The notes below the pieces were generated by a model that was not told the origin of the DNA, made no database searches, and saw only the letters and a list, made by a program, of their open reading frames with translations. A program made the position numbers and the translations under genes. This document shows, piece by piece, positions 43,327 to 56,261 of a DNA stretch of 64,000 bases. The stretch is taken from NCBI GenBank assembly GCA_964530725.1, contig CAZGYV010000003.1, forward strand, positions 9,744 through 73,743. The letters are read 5' to 3'. This DNA comes from an uncultured Candidatus Saccharibacteria bacterium. Its GTDB lineage: Bacteria; Patescibacteriota; Saccharimonadia; CAILAD01; CAZGYV01. How positions within the stretch are numbered: the stretch's first letter is position 1; each line of letters begins with the position of its first letter.

Positions 43327-43992
43327 TTATTTGTCTTGCCGCTTGGTGGTCTTGTCTTCTTCGCGCTCAATACCGGCTTCGGCTTCCTCGGCTGGCAGCT
43401 GAGCTTCGTCACTGCCTTGGGCGTTTTGTGAATCTTGAGCGTCTTGGCCAGGTTGGACTTCGTCGGCCGCTGGATCAGCTTTAGCGGCTTCTTTGTTTTC
43501 TTCTTTAGTCAGCTCTTCAGTCGACTCCACAACTTCAACCTGTTCTTCGCCTGCTACAGTCTCGGCTTGAGCCTCCACCTTTTCCTGTTCCTCAGCTTCA
43601 ATCTGACTATGAGTACGCGTGTCGGCCTCATTGGCTAAAGACTTATCAAAGTCGAGCTCGGCCAAGCGAGCTTTCTTACCACGAAGTCCGCGCAAGTAGC
43701 TCAAGTAGGCTCGGCGAACCTTGGAACGGCGCACTACTTCAACCTTCACTACATTAGGCGAGTGCATAAACCAGCTCTTTTCAACACCAACACCAGATGC
43801 GATTTTGCGCACTGTAATATGAGCGGCTATATCCTGATTTTTACGAGCTCGTATTACAACGCCCTCAAATACCTGCACGCGCTGTTTATTGCCTTCGCGG
43901 ATCATTTGATGCACGCGAACAGTATCGCCGGGTTGAATTTGCGGCAATTTTGCCTTGCGACTTGACTTCTCGACTAATTGGAGTGATTCCAT
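43327..43992 (-). CDS. rplS: 50S ribosomal protein L19 with long acidic C-terminal extension
   Basis: PGDTVRVH..IREG.KQRVQVFEGVVI...TVRKIASGVGVE...KVRRA.L.YLR. Confidence 0.96.
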   Translation of the reverse strand: MESLQLVEKSSRKAKLPQIQPGDTVRVHQMIREGNKQRVQVFEGVVIRARKNQDIAAHITVRKIASGVGVEKSWFMHSPNVVKVEVVRRSKVRRAYLSYLRGLRGKKARLAELDFDKSLANEADTRTHSQIEAEEQEKVEAQAETVAGEEQVEVVESTEELTKEENKEAAKADPAADEVQPGQDAQDSQNAQGSDEAQLPAEEAEAGIEREEDKTTKRQDK

Positions 43993-44057
43993 AACCTTCG
44001 CATATTACCATATAATTATACTTCGATCAAGACACTTGATGCCGCTTGGGCCGGTAT

Positions 44058-47000
44058 TTAATTCTTCGCAGCTCGCTGGCGCTTAACGCCAACATTCTTC
44101 TCACCGACTACCGTCTTGAGCTCGGCCACTAGTTCATCGGAAATATCCACCATGTATGGCAGTTTAATAATTTTATGATAATCACTGCCGGCCAATAGAT
44201 ACACTTCGTCGCCACCAGATGAGTTTTCTAGAATTTTTTTGACCGCGATTAGCTTAGCGCTTTCTTGATGGCTAGCTACCCGCAATACCATCTTTTGCTT
44301 GGTTTTCTTGCCCTCATCTTCCAGCGGCATATCAGTAGAGAGAGTCTCAATTGGTTTGTGGCGATAAGCCTCAGCCCGTTGCAGACTGATTGGGCTCACT
44401 TTATCGACCATAACCTTTATCTCATCACTCGGCTTACCCTCTCGGTCCTTGGCATTGATCTTGCCATCAACCTCCACCACGCTATCGACCTCTAAAACCG
44501 GAGCGCATTTTTCGTAAGCTTTCGGAAAAACTATCAGCTCAATTTCACCTGTCTTGTTCTCGATTTGCACGAATGCCATGTTGGCGCCATTCTTAGTGGT
44601 AATTTTGCGAAAACTAGTAATAATGCCGCCCACTTTGACACCTTGACCGTCCTGCTGCTTATTAAGCGTATTGATCGCGTTGGTCTTGTGGTAAAGGTAG
44701 TTATCATACTCATCAAGTGGATGAGACGTGACATAGAGACCAAGCAGCTCCTTTTCCCAGACTAAACGCTCGCGCAAAGTAGTTTGTTCGTTTGGCACGT
44801 CCAAATGAAGAGCCGGCAAGTCCTCGGTCGTGCCTAGGCTGCCAAAAATATCGATTTGACCGGAGAGAGCATTTTTCTGCGACCGAGAAGCGTACGAGCT
44901 AATTTTATCAGTATTATTCAAAAGTAAATCACGATCAGACAGCGAGTCAAAAGCGCCCGATTTGACCAGGCTTTCAAGTGTCTTGCGGTTCACCACGCTG
45001 GCGTCAACGCGTTTAGCAAAATCTTCGATCGAGGCGAAAGGATCAGTTTCCCGAGCCGATAAGATCGCTTCGATCGGGCCTTGGCCAATATTCTTAATCG
45101 CGCCCAAGCCAAAGCGAATATTTTTCGTCTCTGGCACGACCGCGAATTCGCTGTAAGACTCGTTGATATCGGGCGGCAGCAGCTCAATGCCCATTTTGCG
45201 GCATTCAGTTACCTCAATCGCAATCCGGTCAAGATTTTCATGATCGCTCGTCATTAGGGCCGCCATAAAGGCCGCTGGATAATGAGCCTTTAAATAGGCT
45301 GTCTGAACGGCAATCAGCGCGTAGCAGGCTGCATGACTTTTATTGAAGCAGTAAGCAGCAAAATCTTCCAAACTACTCCACAATTTTTCGACAAACTGCG
45401 GATCGGCTTGGCTGTTTTTGATGGCACCGTCGATAAATTCTTTTTTCATTTTCGCTAATACTTCTGGGATTTTTTTGCCAATGCCTTTGCGCAAGGTATC
45501 GGCCTGACCACCAGTGAAGCCGCAAAGGTCTTTGGCTATCTGCATAACCTGCTCCTGATAAACGATCACGCCGTAAGTATTTTCGAGAGCTGCTTTCATC
45601 TCCGGATGCTCGTATTTAATAAGCTCAGGATTATGCTTGCGGTTGATAAAGTCTTCTATCCACTGCATTGGGCCCGGACGATAGAGCGCCACCATGGCAA
45701 TAATATCTTCGAATTGGCTCGGTTTAAGATCGCGAATATGGCGTTTCATGCCGGCCGATTCGAGCTGGAAGACGCCCGTCGTGTCGCCCCGCCCAAGCAA
45801 TTCATAGGTTTTTTTATCATCGATCGGAATATCGGAAATTTTCAGATCAACACCGTGAACACGACGAATGATGCGCAAAGTATTATTAATAATGGTCAGA
45901 TTGGAAAGGCCAAGAAAATCAAATTTCAATAGACCCAAATCTTCAATTGGCCCCATAGAATACTGGGTCGAGACGCCGCCCTTACTGGCCCGCGTCAGAG
46001 GCGTGTGCCGGACCAATTCCTCGTGCGCGATCACAACGCCGGCCGCGTGCGTACCCTGGTTGCGAATCGTCCCCTCAAGCTTCATCGCGATATCTATCAC
46101 CTGCTTAGCCCGTGGATTGGATTTATATTCTTTCGCCAGATCCGGATCGTTAACGATGGACTTAGAAAGCGGGATGTGGCGCCCTTGAATGGGGGCTGGG
46201 ATGAGCTTAGCGATCGCATCCACCTCGCCGTATGGCATACCAAGCACCCGGCCGGTATCGCGCACCGCATTGCGGGCCGCCATGGTGCCAAAAGTAATGA
46301 TTTGCGCCACCCTATCTTGACCATATTTCTCGGTCGCGTAAGCAATCACTTCTTCACGCCTGTCATCTGCATAGTCCATATCAATATCCGGCATCGAAAT
46401 ACGATCTGGGTTGAGAAAACGCTCAAACAATAAATCATATTTGAGCGGATCGAGCTCAGTGATATTAGTCAAATAAGCGATAATCGACCCGGCCGCCGAA
46501 CCGCGACCCGGTCCGCAGACGATGCCTTGATTCTTGCTCCAGTTGATCAAATCGGCTACGATAAGATAGTAACCTTCGTAGCCCATTCGGCCGATCACAT
46601 CTAGCTCATATTCAAGCCGATCCATCACGCCGTCTGGCAGTTGCGACTTGATTTTTTCTTCTGTGACATGCACCAAATCTTCTGCCGGCATGTCGGTATA
46701 ACGCTTGGCGGCCCCTTGAAAAACAAGCTTCCTTAAGTATGACTTCTCAGTCTCATCGCTAGGCACATCAAATTTCGGAATTAAAATCCGCCCCAGTTCG
46801 ATCGTTAGATCGCAGGCTTCGGCGATTTTAACGGTATTAGCAATGGCTTCGGAATGATCGGGGAATTTTGACAACAAAAGCTCACCCGAGCCGACCGACA
46901 AATCCTGCTCTAGGCGCATGCGATTGGGATCTTCGAGCATGCTCCCCGTCTGCACGCAGAGCAAAATATCATGCGGGTTATGGTCTTCCTGATAGGTGTA

Positions 47001-47696
47001 GTGAGCATCACCTGTTACCACCAAATCAATATCAAGCTGGCTGGAAATTTCTTCCAAGGCCTTATTGACCTTATCCTGTGGCTCCCAGCCAATATGCGGT
47101 TGCATTTCAAGATAATAATTTTCGCGACCAAACATGTCACGATACCAGGCAGCCGTCTTGAGAGCTTCATCAAAATTATCATTTAACACATGGGTGCCGA
47201 TCTCGCCACCAATACACCCCGACAGGCAAATCAAGCCTTCGTGGTAGGCTTCAAGCAATTCGCGATCGATGCGCGGCTTGTAGTAAAACCCTTCCAGGCA
47301 GGCGATCGTCGAGAGCTTCATTAAATTGCGGTAGCCAACTTCATTTTTCGCCAACAGTATCAAGTGATACGGAGTACGATCTTCTTTGGAATTTTTATCA
47401 GTATGTTTACGCGGTGCCACGTAAGCTTCCATGCCGATGATGGGCTTGAGATCGCGTTTCTTACATTCTTTGTAAAACTCCACCGCACCAGACAGGGTAC
47501 CATGATCGGTAATGGCGACTGATTTTTGACCGATTGACTTGATGTGGTCGAGCAAGCCGGGGACCTTCTGCAAACCATCAAGCAAACTATAGTGAGTGTG
47601 ATTATGAAGGTGCACGAAATCAACGAATTTACCATTCGTTTTTTCGATAGTTGATAAATTTCCACCTGTTGCGATAGATGGCATGTAAACCCCCAA
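44058..47696 (-). CDS. dnaE: DNA polymerase III alpha subunit
   Basis: PHP HLHNHTHYSLLDG, GPGRGSAAGS, PDIDMD, FNKSH, C-terminal OB fold; start may be a few codons later. Confidence 0.98.
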   Translation of the reverse strand: MGVYMPSIATGGNLSTIEKTNGKFVDFVHLHNHTHYSLLDGLQKVPGLLDHIKSIGQKSVAITDHGTLSGAVEFYKECKKRDLKPIIGMEAYVAPRKHTDKNSKEDRTPYHLILLAKNEVGYRNLMKLSTIACLEGFYYKPRIDRELLEAYHEGLICLSGCIGGEIGTHVLNDNFDEALKTAAWYRDMFGRENYYLEMQPHIGWEPQDKVNKALEEISSQLDIDLVVTGDAHYTYQEDHNPHDILLCVQTGSMLEDPNRMRLEQDLSVGSGELLLSKFPDHSEAIANTVKIAEACDLTIELGRILIPKFDVPSDETEKSYLRKLVFQGAAKRYTDMPAEDLVHVTEEKIKSQLPDGVMDRLEYELDVIGRMGYEGYYLIVADLINWSKNQGIVCGPGRGSAAGSIIAYLTNITELDPLKYDLLFERFLNPDRISMPDIDMDYADDRREEVIAYATEKYGQDRVAQIITFGTMAARNAVRDTGRVLGMPYGEVDAIAKLIPAPIQGRHIPLSKSIVNDPDLAKEYKSNPRAKQVIDIAMKLEGTIRNQGTHAAGVVIAHEELVRHTPLTRASKGGVSTQYSMGPIEDLGLLKFDFLGLSNLTIINNTLRIIRRVHGVDLKISDIPIDDKKTYELLGRGDTTGVFQLESAGMKRHIRDLKPSQFEDIIAMVALYRPGPMQWIEDFINRKHNPELIKYEHPEMKAALENTYGVIVYQEQVMQIAKDLCGFTGGQADTLRKGIGKKIPEVLAKMKKEFIDGAIKNSQADPQFVEKLWSSLEDFAAYCFNKSHAACYALIAVQTAYLKAHYPAAFMAALMTSDHENLDRIAIEVTECRKMGIELLPPDINESYSEFAVVPETKNIRFGLGAIKNIGQGPIEAILSARETDPFASIEDFAKRVDASVVNRKTLESLVKSGAFDSLSDRDLLLNNTDKISSYASRSQKNALSGQIDIFGSLGTTEDLPALHLDVPNEQTTLRERLVWEKELLGLYVTSHPLDEYDNYLYHKTNAINTLNKQQDGQGVKVGGIITSFRKITTKNGANMAFVQIENKTGEIELIVFPKAYEKCAPVLEVDSVVEVDGKINAKDREGKPSDEIKVMVDKVSPISLQRAEAYRHKPIETLSTDMPLEDEGKKTKQKMVLRVASHQESAKLIAVKKILENSSGGDEVYLLAGSDYHKIIKLPYMVDISDELVAELKTVVGEKNVGVKRQRAAKN

Positions 47697-47755
47697 ACGT
47701 AGTACTGCTTAAGCTATTTTAGCATAAATTGCGCTGGCGATAGTGTGATAAAAAA

Positions 47756-48037
47756 TTAACGCGGCAGTGGTGAGTTTAGCGCACCATCTATTTGCTGCAA
47801 GAAATCTCCGATGTACGGTAAGCCGCCCATCCAGTAAACCAAGAATCCGACTGCCACCACGGTTACAGCGGCACCGAGAGTGATGCCGATGCCGCGCCAA
47901 AAGCCAGCCCGAAGGTTCAAAAAAGCAATCCGGCTAGGGCTGTTTAGTAGGTTTACAAAGTCTTCGAAAGACAGCTTGGCCGCAGCCTTGGCTGAGTCTT
48001 CGATAGTTTTTGCTTTTGATTGCGACTTACTCGCCAT
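47756..48037 (-). CDS. Small membrane protein, DUF5665-like
   Basis: NL.AG..RGIG.TLG...LP.IGDF pattern. Confidence 0.7.
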   Translation of the reverse strand: MASKSQSKAKTIEDSAKAAAKLSFEDFVNLLNSPSRIAFLNLRAGFWRGIGITLGAAVTVVAVGFLVYWMGGLPYIGDFLQQIDGALNSPLPR

Positions 48038-48519
48038 TATTTAACTTTTTTTGAAGCCTTTTTAGCAGCCTTGCTAGTAGTCTTTGCCATGTCGTCCACA
48101 CCCTCTTTCACGTCTTCAACTACTTTCTGGGCCGTATCACCCAACTTGTCAGCTAGTTCAGCGCCCTCTTGGACGAGCTTTTTTGCCTTTTCACGAGCCT
48201 CCTTTGACAATTCGGCGCCATCTTCGCTCAGCTCGGTCATTTTTTTAGACAACTGATCTTTTACGCTATCCGCCTTTTTAAGCAGTTCCTTGCCCTCTTT
48301 CGCGGCATCACCCTGCAACTTATTTACTTTTTTTTCCAACTCGCGCCGTTTTTTATCAATTTCTTTGGCCACATTATCAGCAGCTTTGACTATATCTTGA
48401 CGAGTTTCCTTACCGCTTTTGGGCGCGAACAAAAGCGCTGCCACCGATCCAACAGCCGCACCAACAGCCGCACCAATCAAAAAACCTTTTTTCTCGCCAT
48501 CTTTTTCTTGTTTTGACAT
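48037..48519 (-). CDS. YtxH domain protein
   Basis: FLIGAAVGA......LLFAPKSGKETR followed by Lys/Glu-rich helix. Confidence 0.9.
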   Translation of the reverse strand: MSKQEKDGEKKGFLIGAAVGAAVGSVAALLFAPKSGKETRQDIVKAADNVAKEIDKKRRELEKKVNKLQGDAAKEGKELLKKADSVKDQLSKKMTELSEDGAELSKEAREKAKKLVQEGAELADKLGDTAQKVVEDVKEGVDDMAKTTSKAAKKASKKVK

Positions 48520-48536
48520 AATTTTACTCCTATTAA

Positions 48537-48788
48537 TTATTTTCGTCGCCGGCTCTTGCTACCGCTAAAATAGCTGCCGATAATGCTAGCGATTTTAACC
48601 GGATTTAAATAATATTCTCGCACTTCCTGGACCATATCGGCAACAGTTTCGACTTCCTCTTGAGTTCGTTCAGCGATTTTCTTGACCCGTTGTAGTATTT
48701 TAGCCACCAAAACCAATACTGCGATAGTGTATATCAACAATATAATCGTGGCGATCGATACTACAATTAATAAAATTTGCTCCGTCAT
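48537..48788 (-). CDS. Hypothetical single-TM protein
   Basis: 83-aa ORF, N-terminal TM, ATGA overlap with upstream gene. Confidence 0.75.
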   Translation of the reverse strand: MTEQILLIVVSIATIILLIYTIAVLVLVAKILQRVKKIAERTQEEVETVADMVQEVREYYLNPVKIASIIGSYFSGSKSRRRK

Positions 48789-49402
48789 CTTTTTGCCACC
48801 TTTCTTTTTACCGGCTTTTTAAATACGCCTGCTAATCTTGAATTTTGTTTGATTTCGTGCCGTCTGTCAATCAGCACCCAGGCGTTACGGTCAATTAAGG
48901 CATTTGGGAAAACATGAAGCTTGCCACTCATGTCACGAATGCGCGTCCGACGCAAATCCATCTCCACTATAACACCTTCTATCTTTTCGTCACCACCAAC
49001 TTTTACGTGATCACCGATACTGAAGTCGCGATCACGTGCCAAAGTAACACCACCAACGACATCTTTGACAGCATCAGCCAGCCCCTGTGATATACCTAAG
49101 ACTATAAAGCTAAATGACCCGACGACCGCTAAAGCGACATTGTTAAGGCCAAGCAGCTGCAAGCAGGCAATCACCAAAAACACCCACAGTGCGATATCGA
49201 CTAGCGTCACAATGATCGTTATCAAGCTAGACGGCAAACTTGACAGGGTCAGACCAAAGCGAATCAACCTCGAAGCGATGCGAATTATCAAGATACCAAT
49301 CAATACTATTAGAATAGCGACTGGTATATTGGGTAGAATCCGATTCAGCTCATTGACGACTGGAGCAGCTATATTTTCAAACGTAATATTTATATCAGGC
49401 AT
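48785..49402 (-). CDS. Short MscS-family mechanosensitive channel protein
   Basis: TMs then F.IGD.V.....EG.I.....R.T.I....G......PN beta domain. Confidence 0.85.
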   Translation of the reverse strand: MPDINITFENIAAPVVNELNRILPNIPVAILIVLIGILIIRIASRLIRFGLTLSSLPSSLITIIVTLVDIALWVFLVIACLQLLGLNNVALAVVGSFSFIVLGISQGLADAVKDVVGGVTLARDRDFSIGDHVKVGGDEKIEGVIVEMDLRRTRIRDMSGKLHVFPNALIDRNAWVLIDRRHEIKQNSRLAGVFKKPVKRKVAKR

Positions 49403-49408
49403 AACTAC

Positions 49409-50842
49409 TTATCCTTCTAAGTATTGTAGCAAGATGGCGTTGACCACACCAGGGTTTGCCTGCCCCTTCGTTGCTTTCATCACTTGGCCGACAAAATAGC
49501 CGATTGCCTTTTGGTTGCCACTGCGATAGTCAGCCACGGCCCTCGGATTTGCTTCGACCAGCTCGCGAATAATTGTCTCCAGCTCGGATGTATCCGATAG
49601 CTGGCTTAGGCCCTTAGCCTGAACAATTGCCGCTGGATCTTTTCCGTCAACCACTTCAGCAAAAATATCCTTGGCAATTTTCGAGCTAATAGTCCCTTGC
49701 TCGACTAGACTAATGAGACTAGCTAGATTAGCGGCCGTTAGCTTCGCTTGCTTAACGCCTTTTTGAGTCAAAATTGCCTGATAATCACCGACCAGCCAAT
49801 TGATGGCTTTTTTCTCTAATTTTTTATCACTCAAAATATTCTTAGCCTCGAAAAACAGCTCCGATAAGTACGGCTGGCCAATTAACATGTCCTGCTCGTC
49901 CACGTTCAAGGCCAGGCCATGCAGTTCTTTTCTAACTTCAATCGGCAAAACACCGACTTCGCGCTTAATCTCATCGATCATTTCTCGCGTAATCTTTAAT
50001 GGCGGCAAGTCGGGTTCGGGGAAGTAGCGATAGTCGTGGGCTTGCTCTTTGCCGCGCTGCGAAAAAGTCACCGACTTGGCGTCATTCCAGCCCCGGGTTT
50101 CCTGATCAATCGTGCCGCCTTCCTCTAAAATGCCAATTTGACGCTTAATTTCATACGTCAAAGCCCGCTCGGCGTTACGAAAACTGTTAAGATTTTTTAG
50201 CTCGGTTCGCGTACCCAGCTTTTTGGGGTCAGGCGAAACACTAACATTCAAATCAAATTTAAAATTGCCGTGCTCCATGTCACCATTGCTTATACCAAGA
50301 CAGGCAACGATATTGTAAATCTCTTGTAAATAACGCTTAGCTTCTTGAGGGCTGTGCAGCTCGGGCTTGGAAACAATTTCAACTAAAGGCGTGCCCGCTC
50401 GATTCAAATCGACTAATGAATGATCACCGTGATCGGGATGAACTAGCTTGCCAGCATCCTCTTCCAGATGGGCTCTTTCGACGCCAATTTTCTTGAATTC
50501 ACCGTCAACCAATATTTCAACCTCGCCGTCATGGACTATCGGCTGATCGTACTGGCTAATCTGGTAACCTTTGGGTGAGTCAGGGTAAAAATAATTTTTT
50601 CGGTCAAATTTGGTGTCGCGGGCGATCTTAGCATTAATACCCACGCCCAACTTAATTGCTAACTCTACCGCCCGGCGGTTTATGACCGGCAGTGTGCCGG
50701 GCAGCGCTAGGCAAACCGGGCAAATATTGGTATTGGGCAACGCGTCACGGCTTTCGTTGTCACAGCCACAAAACATTTTTGATTTTGTCGCTAGCTGAAC
50801 GTGGATTTCTATACCGATAGTCGGCAAATACTGTCTACTCAT
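49409..50842 (-). CDS. gatB: Asp/Glu-tRNA amidotransferase subunit B
   Basis: IGIEIHVQL.T.SKMFC, FDRKNYFYPD, HLEEDAGK, DYRYFPEPDLP. Confidence 0.98.
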   Translation of the reverse strand: MSRQYLPTIGIEIHVQLATKSKMFCGCDNESRDALPNTNICPVCLALPGTLPVINRRAVELAIKLGVGINAKIARDTKFDRKNYFYPDSPKGYQISQYDQPIVHDGEVEILVDGEFKKIGVERAHLEEDAGKLVHPDHGDHSLVDLNRAGTPLVEIVSKPELHSPQEAKRYLQEIYNIVACLGISNGDMEHGNFKFDLNVSVSPDPKKLGTRTELKNLNSFRNAERALTYEIKRQIGILEEGGTIDQETRGWNDAKSVTFSQRGKEQAHDYRYFPEPDLPPLKITREMIDEIKREVGVLPIEVRKELHGLALNVDEQDMLIGQPYLSELFFEAKNILSDKKLEKKAINWLVGDYQAILTQKGVKQAKLTAANLASLISLVEQGTISSKIAKDIFAEVVDGKDPAAIVQAKGLSQLSDTSELETIIRELVEANPRAVADYRSGNQKAIGYFVGQVMKATKGQANPGVVNAILLQYLEG

Positions 50843-51294
50843 AGCCGCACTCCCAGATCGTTTATTCCGTCTTTTAGGTCTTTAATTGCTTTTTGGACCT
50901 GGGCGGGCACAAAGTCGTGGTTAACCTCATGCGCCATTTGATTGCGCAGCTTGTGAGCCGACCAAATCGCGTTTAGATCCCGATAAGACGTCCGCGCGGT
51001 CGAGCTTTGCAGCCTTTCGCCCATCGTCTCGCCAGCAAATCCCTTGCCTATCATGACGTAATCAAGCAATTTATCAGCTTCGAGCAGGGCGTTCTTCAGG
51101 CCACTTGGGGTATTTTGCATCGCCTCTATTTCGCCCCACTTCGTTTTCACCAACTCGATATCCAGAGTGCGGTGCGAAGGACTATATTTTGGCTCCGAAT
51201 AACCGCGATTAGATGATTTTTTACTACCAGTCAACGACATATAAAGCAGCAAACCGCCGCAAACCAAAATTGCCATAATAATAGATAGTGTCAC
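50839..51294 (-). CDS. Hypothetical protein with N-terminal TM
   Basis: ALLEADKLLD...GETMGERL...W.AHKLRN..AH; overlaps both gatA and gatB ends. Confidence 0.8.
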   Translation of the reverse strand: MTLSIIMAILVCGGLLLYMSLTGSKKSSNRGYSEPKYSPSHRTLDIELVKTKWGEIEAMQNTPSGLKNALLEADKLLDYVMIGKGFAGETMGERLQSSTARTSYRDLNAIWSAHKLRNQMAHEVNHDFVPAQVQKAIKDLKDGINDLGVRL

Positions 51295-52742
51295 TTCAAT
51301 GCTCTCCGTTCGTGCCAGTTCGTCCTGGCTTCAAATGACTGAGCGGCGCTAAAAAGCTTGGCTTCCTGTCCTTGGGCAGCCATAATCTGCAAGCCAATCG
51401 GTAAATCATTTACAAAGCCGGCTGGCAGACTAATAGCCGGTATGCCAGCTAAGTTGGCCGCCACCGTCAGTACATCTGACATGTACATCTCAACCGGGCT
51501 TGTTTTGGTGCCAAACTGAAAAGCCGGTGTCGGCGTGGTTGGACCAATCAATACGTCAAATTTTTCGAATGCTTGATCAAAATCCTGCTTGATCAAAGTG
51601 CGCACCTTCATCGCCTGCTTATAATAGGCGTCGTAGTAGCCGGCCGAGAGCGTATAGGTGCCAGTTAAAATGCGCCGTTTCACCTCCGGCCCGAAAAATT
51701 CACCGCGCGTTTTAGTGTAGGTATCAAGCAAATTCTTGGCCGCCTTAGAGCTTGCGCCATAGCGAATACCATCATAGCGCTCTAGGTTGGAACTAATTTC
51801 TGAAGGCGTCAAAATATAATAACAAGGCAAAGCCAGCTTAACACTGTCGATACTAATCTGTTTGATTTCGTGGCCAGCTAGCTTCAATTCGTCAGCCGCT
51901 TGCTCGAAAGCTTGTCGATTCGCTTCATCAAGCGGTTCGACGTATTCTTTGACAATACCAATTTTCATTTTTTTATCATTTTTCGCCGCTGCGCTGTAGT
52001 TGTAGTTAGCAGCCTTAATGGTGGTCGAATCTTTCGCGTCCTGGCTGGCGATAATTTCGAGCACGATCGCTGTATCCTCGACACTGCGTGTCAGCGGACC
52101 AATCACGTCTAGACTCGAAGCCATCGCCACGACACCATAGCGGCTGACTAGCCCGTAGGTCGGCTTCAAACCAACAACGCCGCAAAAACTGGCGGGCTGG
52201 CGAATCGAGCCGCCGGTGTCGGTGCCAAGCGAAAAAACTCCAATGTCCGCCGCTACTGCCACGGCGCTGCCGCCGCTACTGCCGCCCGGCACGGAATCTT
52301 CGCGCCAGGGGTTGTGAGTCGAGTGGTAAGCGGAATTTTCCGTGCTGCCACCGTGGGCAAATTCATCTTGATTAACCTTAGCCAGCAGTATGGCGCCGGC
52401 TACATCCAGCTTCTCAATCACCGTGGCCGAATAGGGTGCTGTGAAATTATCTAGAATTTTACTAGCCGCGGTCGTCCTAATGCCGGCTGTCAAAAACATA
52501 TCTTTAGCCGTATAGGGAATGCCCTCAAGCAGGCCGATTTTTTCACCGCGCGATAGCTTATCATCGACGACTTTGGCAAGCTTACGAACAGATTGTTCGC
52601 AAATGGTTAAACTCGCCCGCAGCGTAGGGTCAATTGTCCGCAGGCGACCCAAATAGTAATCAGTGAGCTCGGTGGCTGTTACTTCGCCTGCGACTAAAAG
52701 CTGATGCGCGCTCTTAATGGTTAAATACGTAAGATTAGCCAC
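51291..52742 (-). CDS. gatA: Asp/Glu-tRNA amidotransferase subunit A
   Basis: Amidase signature PGGSSGGSA, GTDTGGSIRQPA; EVKRRIL.GT; GTG start at 52742 chosen. Confidence 0.97.
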   Translation of the reverse strand: MANLTYLTIKSAHQLLVAGEVTATELTDYYLGRLRTIDPTLRASLTICEQSVRKLAKVVDDKLSRGEKIGLLEGIPYTAKDMFLTAGIRTTAASKILDNFTAPYSATVIEKLDVAGAILLAKVNQDEFAHGGSTENSAYHSTHNPWREDSVPGGSSGGSAVAVAADIGVFSLGTDTGGSIRQPASFCGVVGLKPTYGLVSRYGVVAMASSLDVIGPLTRSVEDTAIVLEIIASQDAKDSTTIKAANYNYSAAAKNDKKMKIGIVKEYVEPLDEANRQAFEQAADELKLAGHEIKQISIDSVKLALPCYYILTPSEISSNLERYDGIRYGASSKAAKNLLDTYTKTRGEFFGPEVKRRILTGTYTLSAGYYDAYYKQAMKVRTLIKQDFDQAFEKFDVLIGPTTPTPAFQFGTKTSPVEMYMSDVLTVAANLAGIPAISLPAGFVNDLPIGLQIMAAQGQEAKLFSAAQSFEARTNWHERRALK

Positions 52743-52746
52743 TTTT

Positions 52747-53037
52747 TTAAAGTACTCTTCTAACCTTAATGTAGCCGTTTTCACTCATCGGCGCATTGGC
52801 CAGCAACTGCTCGCGAGTCAATTCGCACCGCTTCACGGTATCCTCTCGCCAAACGTCAACCAGTCCAGTCACTTGGCTGGTTGGCTCGATCCCAGAGGTG
52901 TCAATCGACTGTAGTTGATCGACGTAGTCCAAAATTGAGCTCAATTGCAAAGTCAATTGGTCTCGCTCTGAGGCGGTCAACTCGATTCGCGCCAGTCCGG
53001 CGATTTTCTCAACTTCTTGAATAGATAATTTTGCCAT
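52747..53037 (-). CDS. gatC: Asp/Glu-tRNA amidotransferase subunit C
   Basis: V.KIA.LARI...IL.YVDQL..IDT..IEPT...RED...NAP. Confidence 0.95.
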   Translation of the reverse strand: MAKLSIQEVEKIAGLARIELTASERDQLTLQLSSILDYVDQLQSIDTSGIEPTSQVTGLVDVWREDTVKRCELTREQLLANAPMSENGYIKVRRVL

Positions 53038-53132
53038 GTCTTACTAATATTCTAATGCCTTTCGGGGTGAAAGCTCAAGCATGAACATATTGTATGTTCT
53101 GCTGCGATGACCTTTTATTTTATTGATAAATA

Positions 53133-53141
53133 TGCTATAAT
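53133..53141 (+). promoter_or_regulatory. Extended -10 promoter of candidate ncRNA
   Basis: TGcTATAAT, no protein gene downstream on this strand. Confidence 0.65.
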
Positions 53142-53147
53142 AGTAAA

Positions 53148-53485
53148 ACATAGACCTGTAGAAAACCCTTACAGGGCAAAGGTCTATACGGGGAAGATGA
53201 GAGCGGGCGCATCAACCTACCTTTAAGCCGCCCAGGGAGGTCCTGCCAAAGGAGAAGTGCTCAAAGCTAGGGCATATCCGGCGCTAAACAACTAGCCCGG
53301 CCCGGAGGTTAACGGGTTTGACACCCAAAGGAACTCTGCTCTCACGAGGGTAGTGCCAGTTCGTCTGGATAACAGATAGCCTAAGGCAATCTGCCAGCTT
53401 GTTGGCACTACCCGCCGCCCCTAAAGTCTTCTCTGCTTTGAGCGCCCTTGTTTGGCCGGTCCACATCGGCTAAGCGAGGTGCTTT

Positions 53486-53487
<2 letters not shown>
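53148..53487 (+). ncRNA. Candidate large structured non-coding RNA of unrecognised family
   Basis: Several 8-15 bp helices with G-U pairs favouring the + strand, a possible 11-bp pseudoknot, promoter and terminator. Confidence 0.65.
53446..53487 (+). terminator. Intrinsic terminator of candidate ncRNA
   Basis: CCTTGTTTGGCCGGT-CCAC-ATCGGCTAAGCGAGG, 15 bp with four G-U pairs, then TGCTTTTT. Confidence 0.7.

Positions 53488-56261
<2,774 letters not shown>

Noticed and set aside
53168-53300. ACAGGGCAAA and CAAAGC...CCGG..CTAAAC resemble parts of a c-di-GMP-I riboswitch; GTCCTGCC recalls the raiA motif
   Set aside because: Spacing and the GAAA-tetraloop stem do not fit, the pairing partners are missing and there is no downstream gene on this strand
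53284-53466. 60-aa ORF on the minus strand
   Set aside because: No recognisable protein features; the region is better explained by + strand RNA helices
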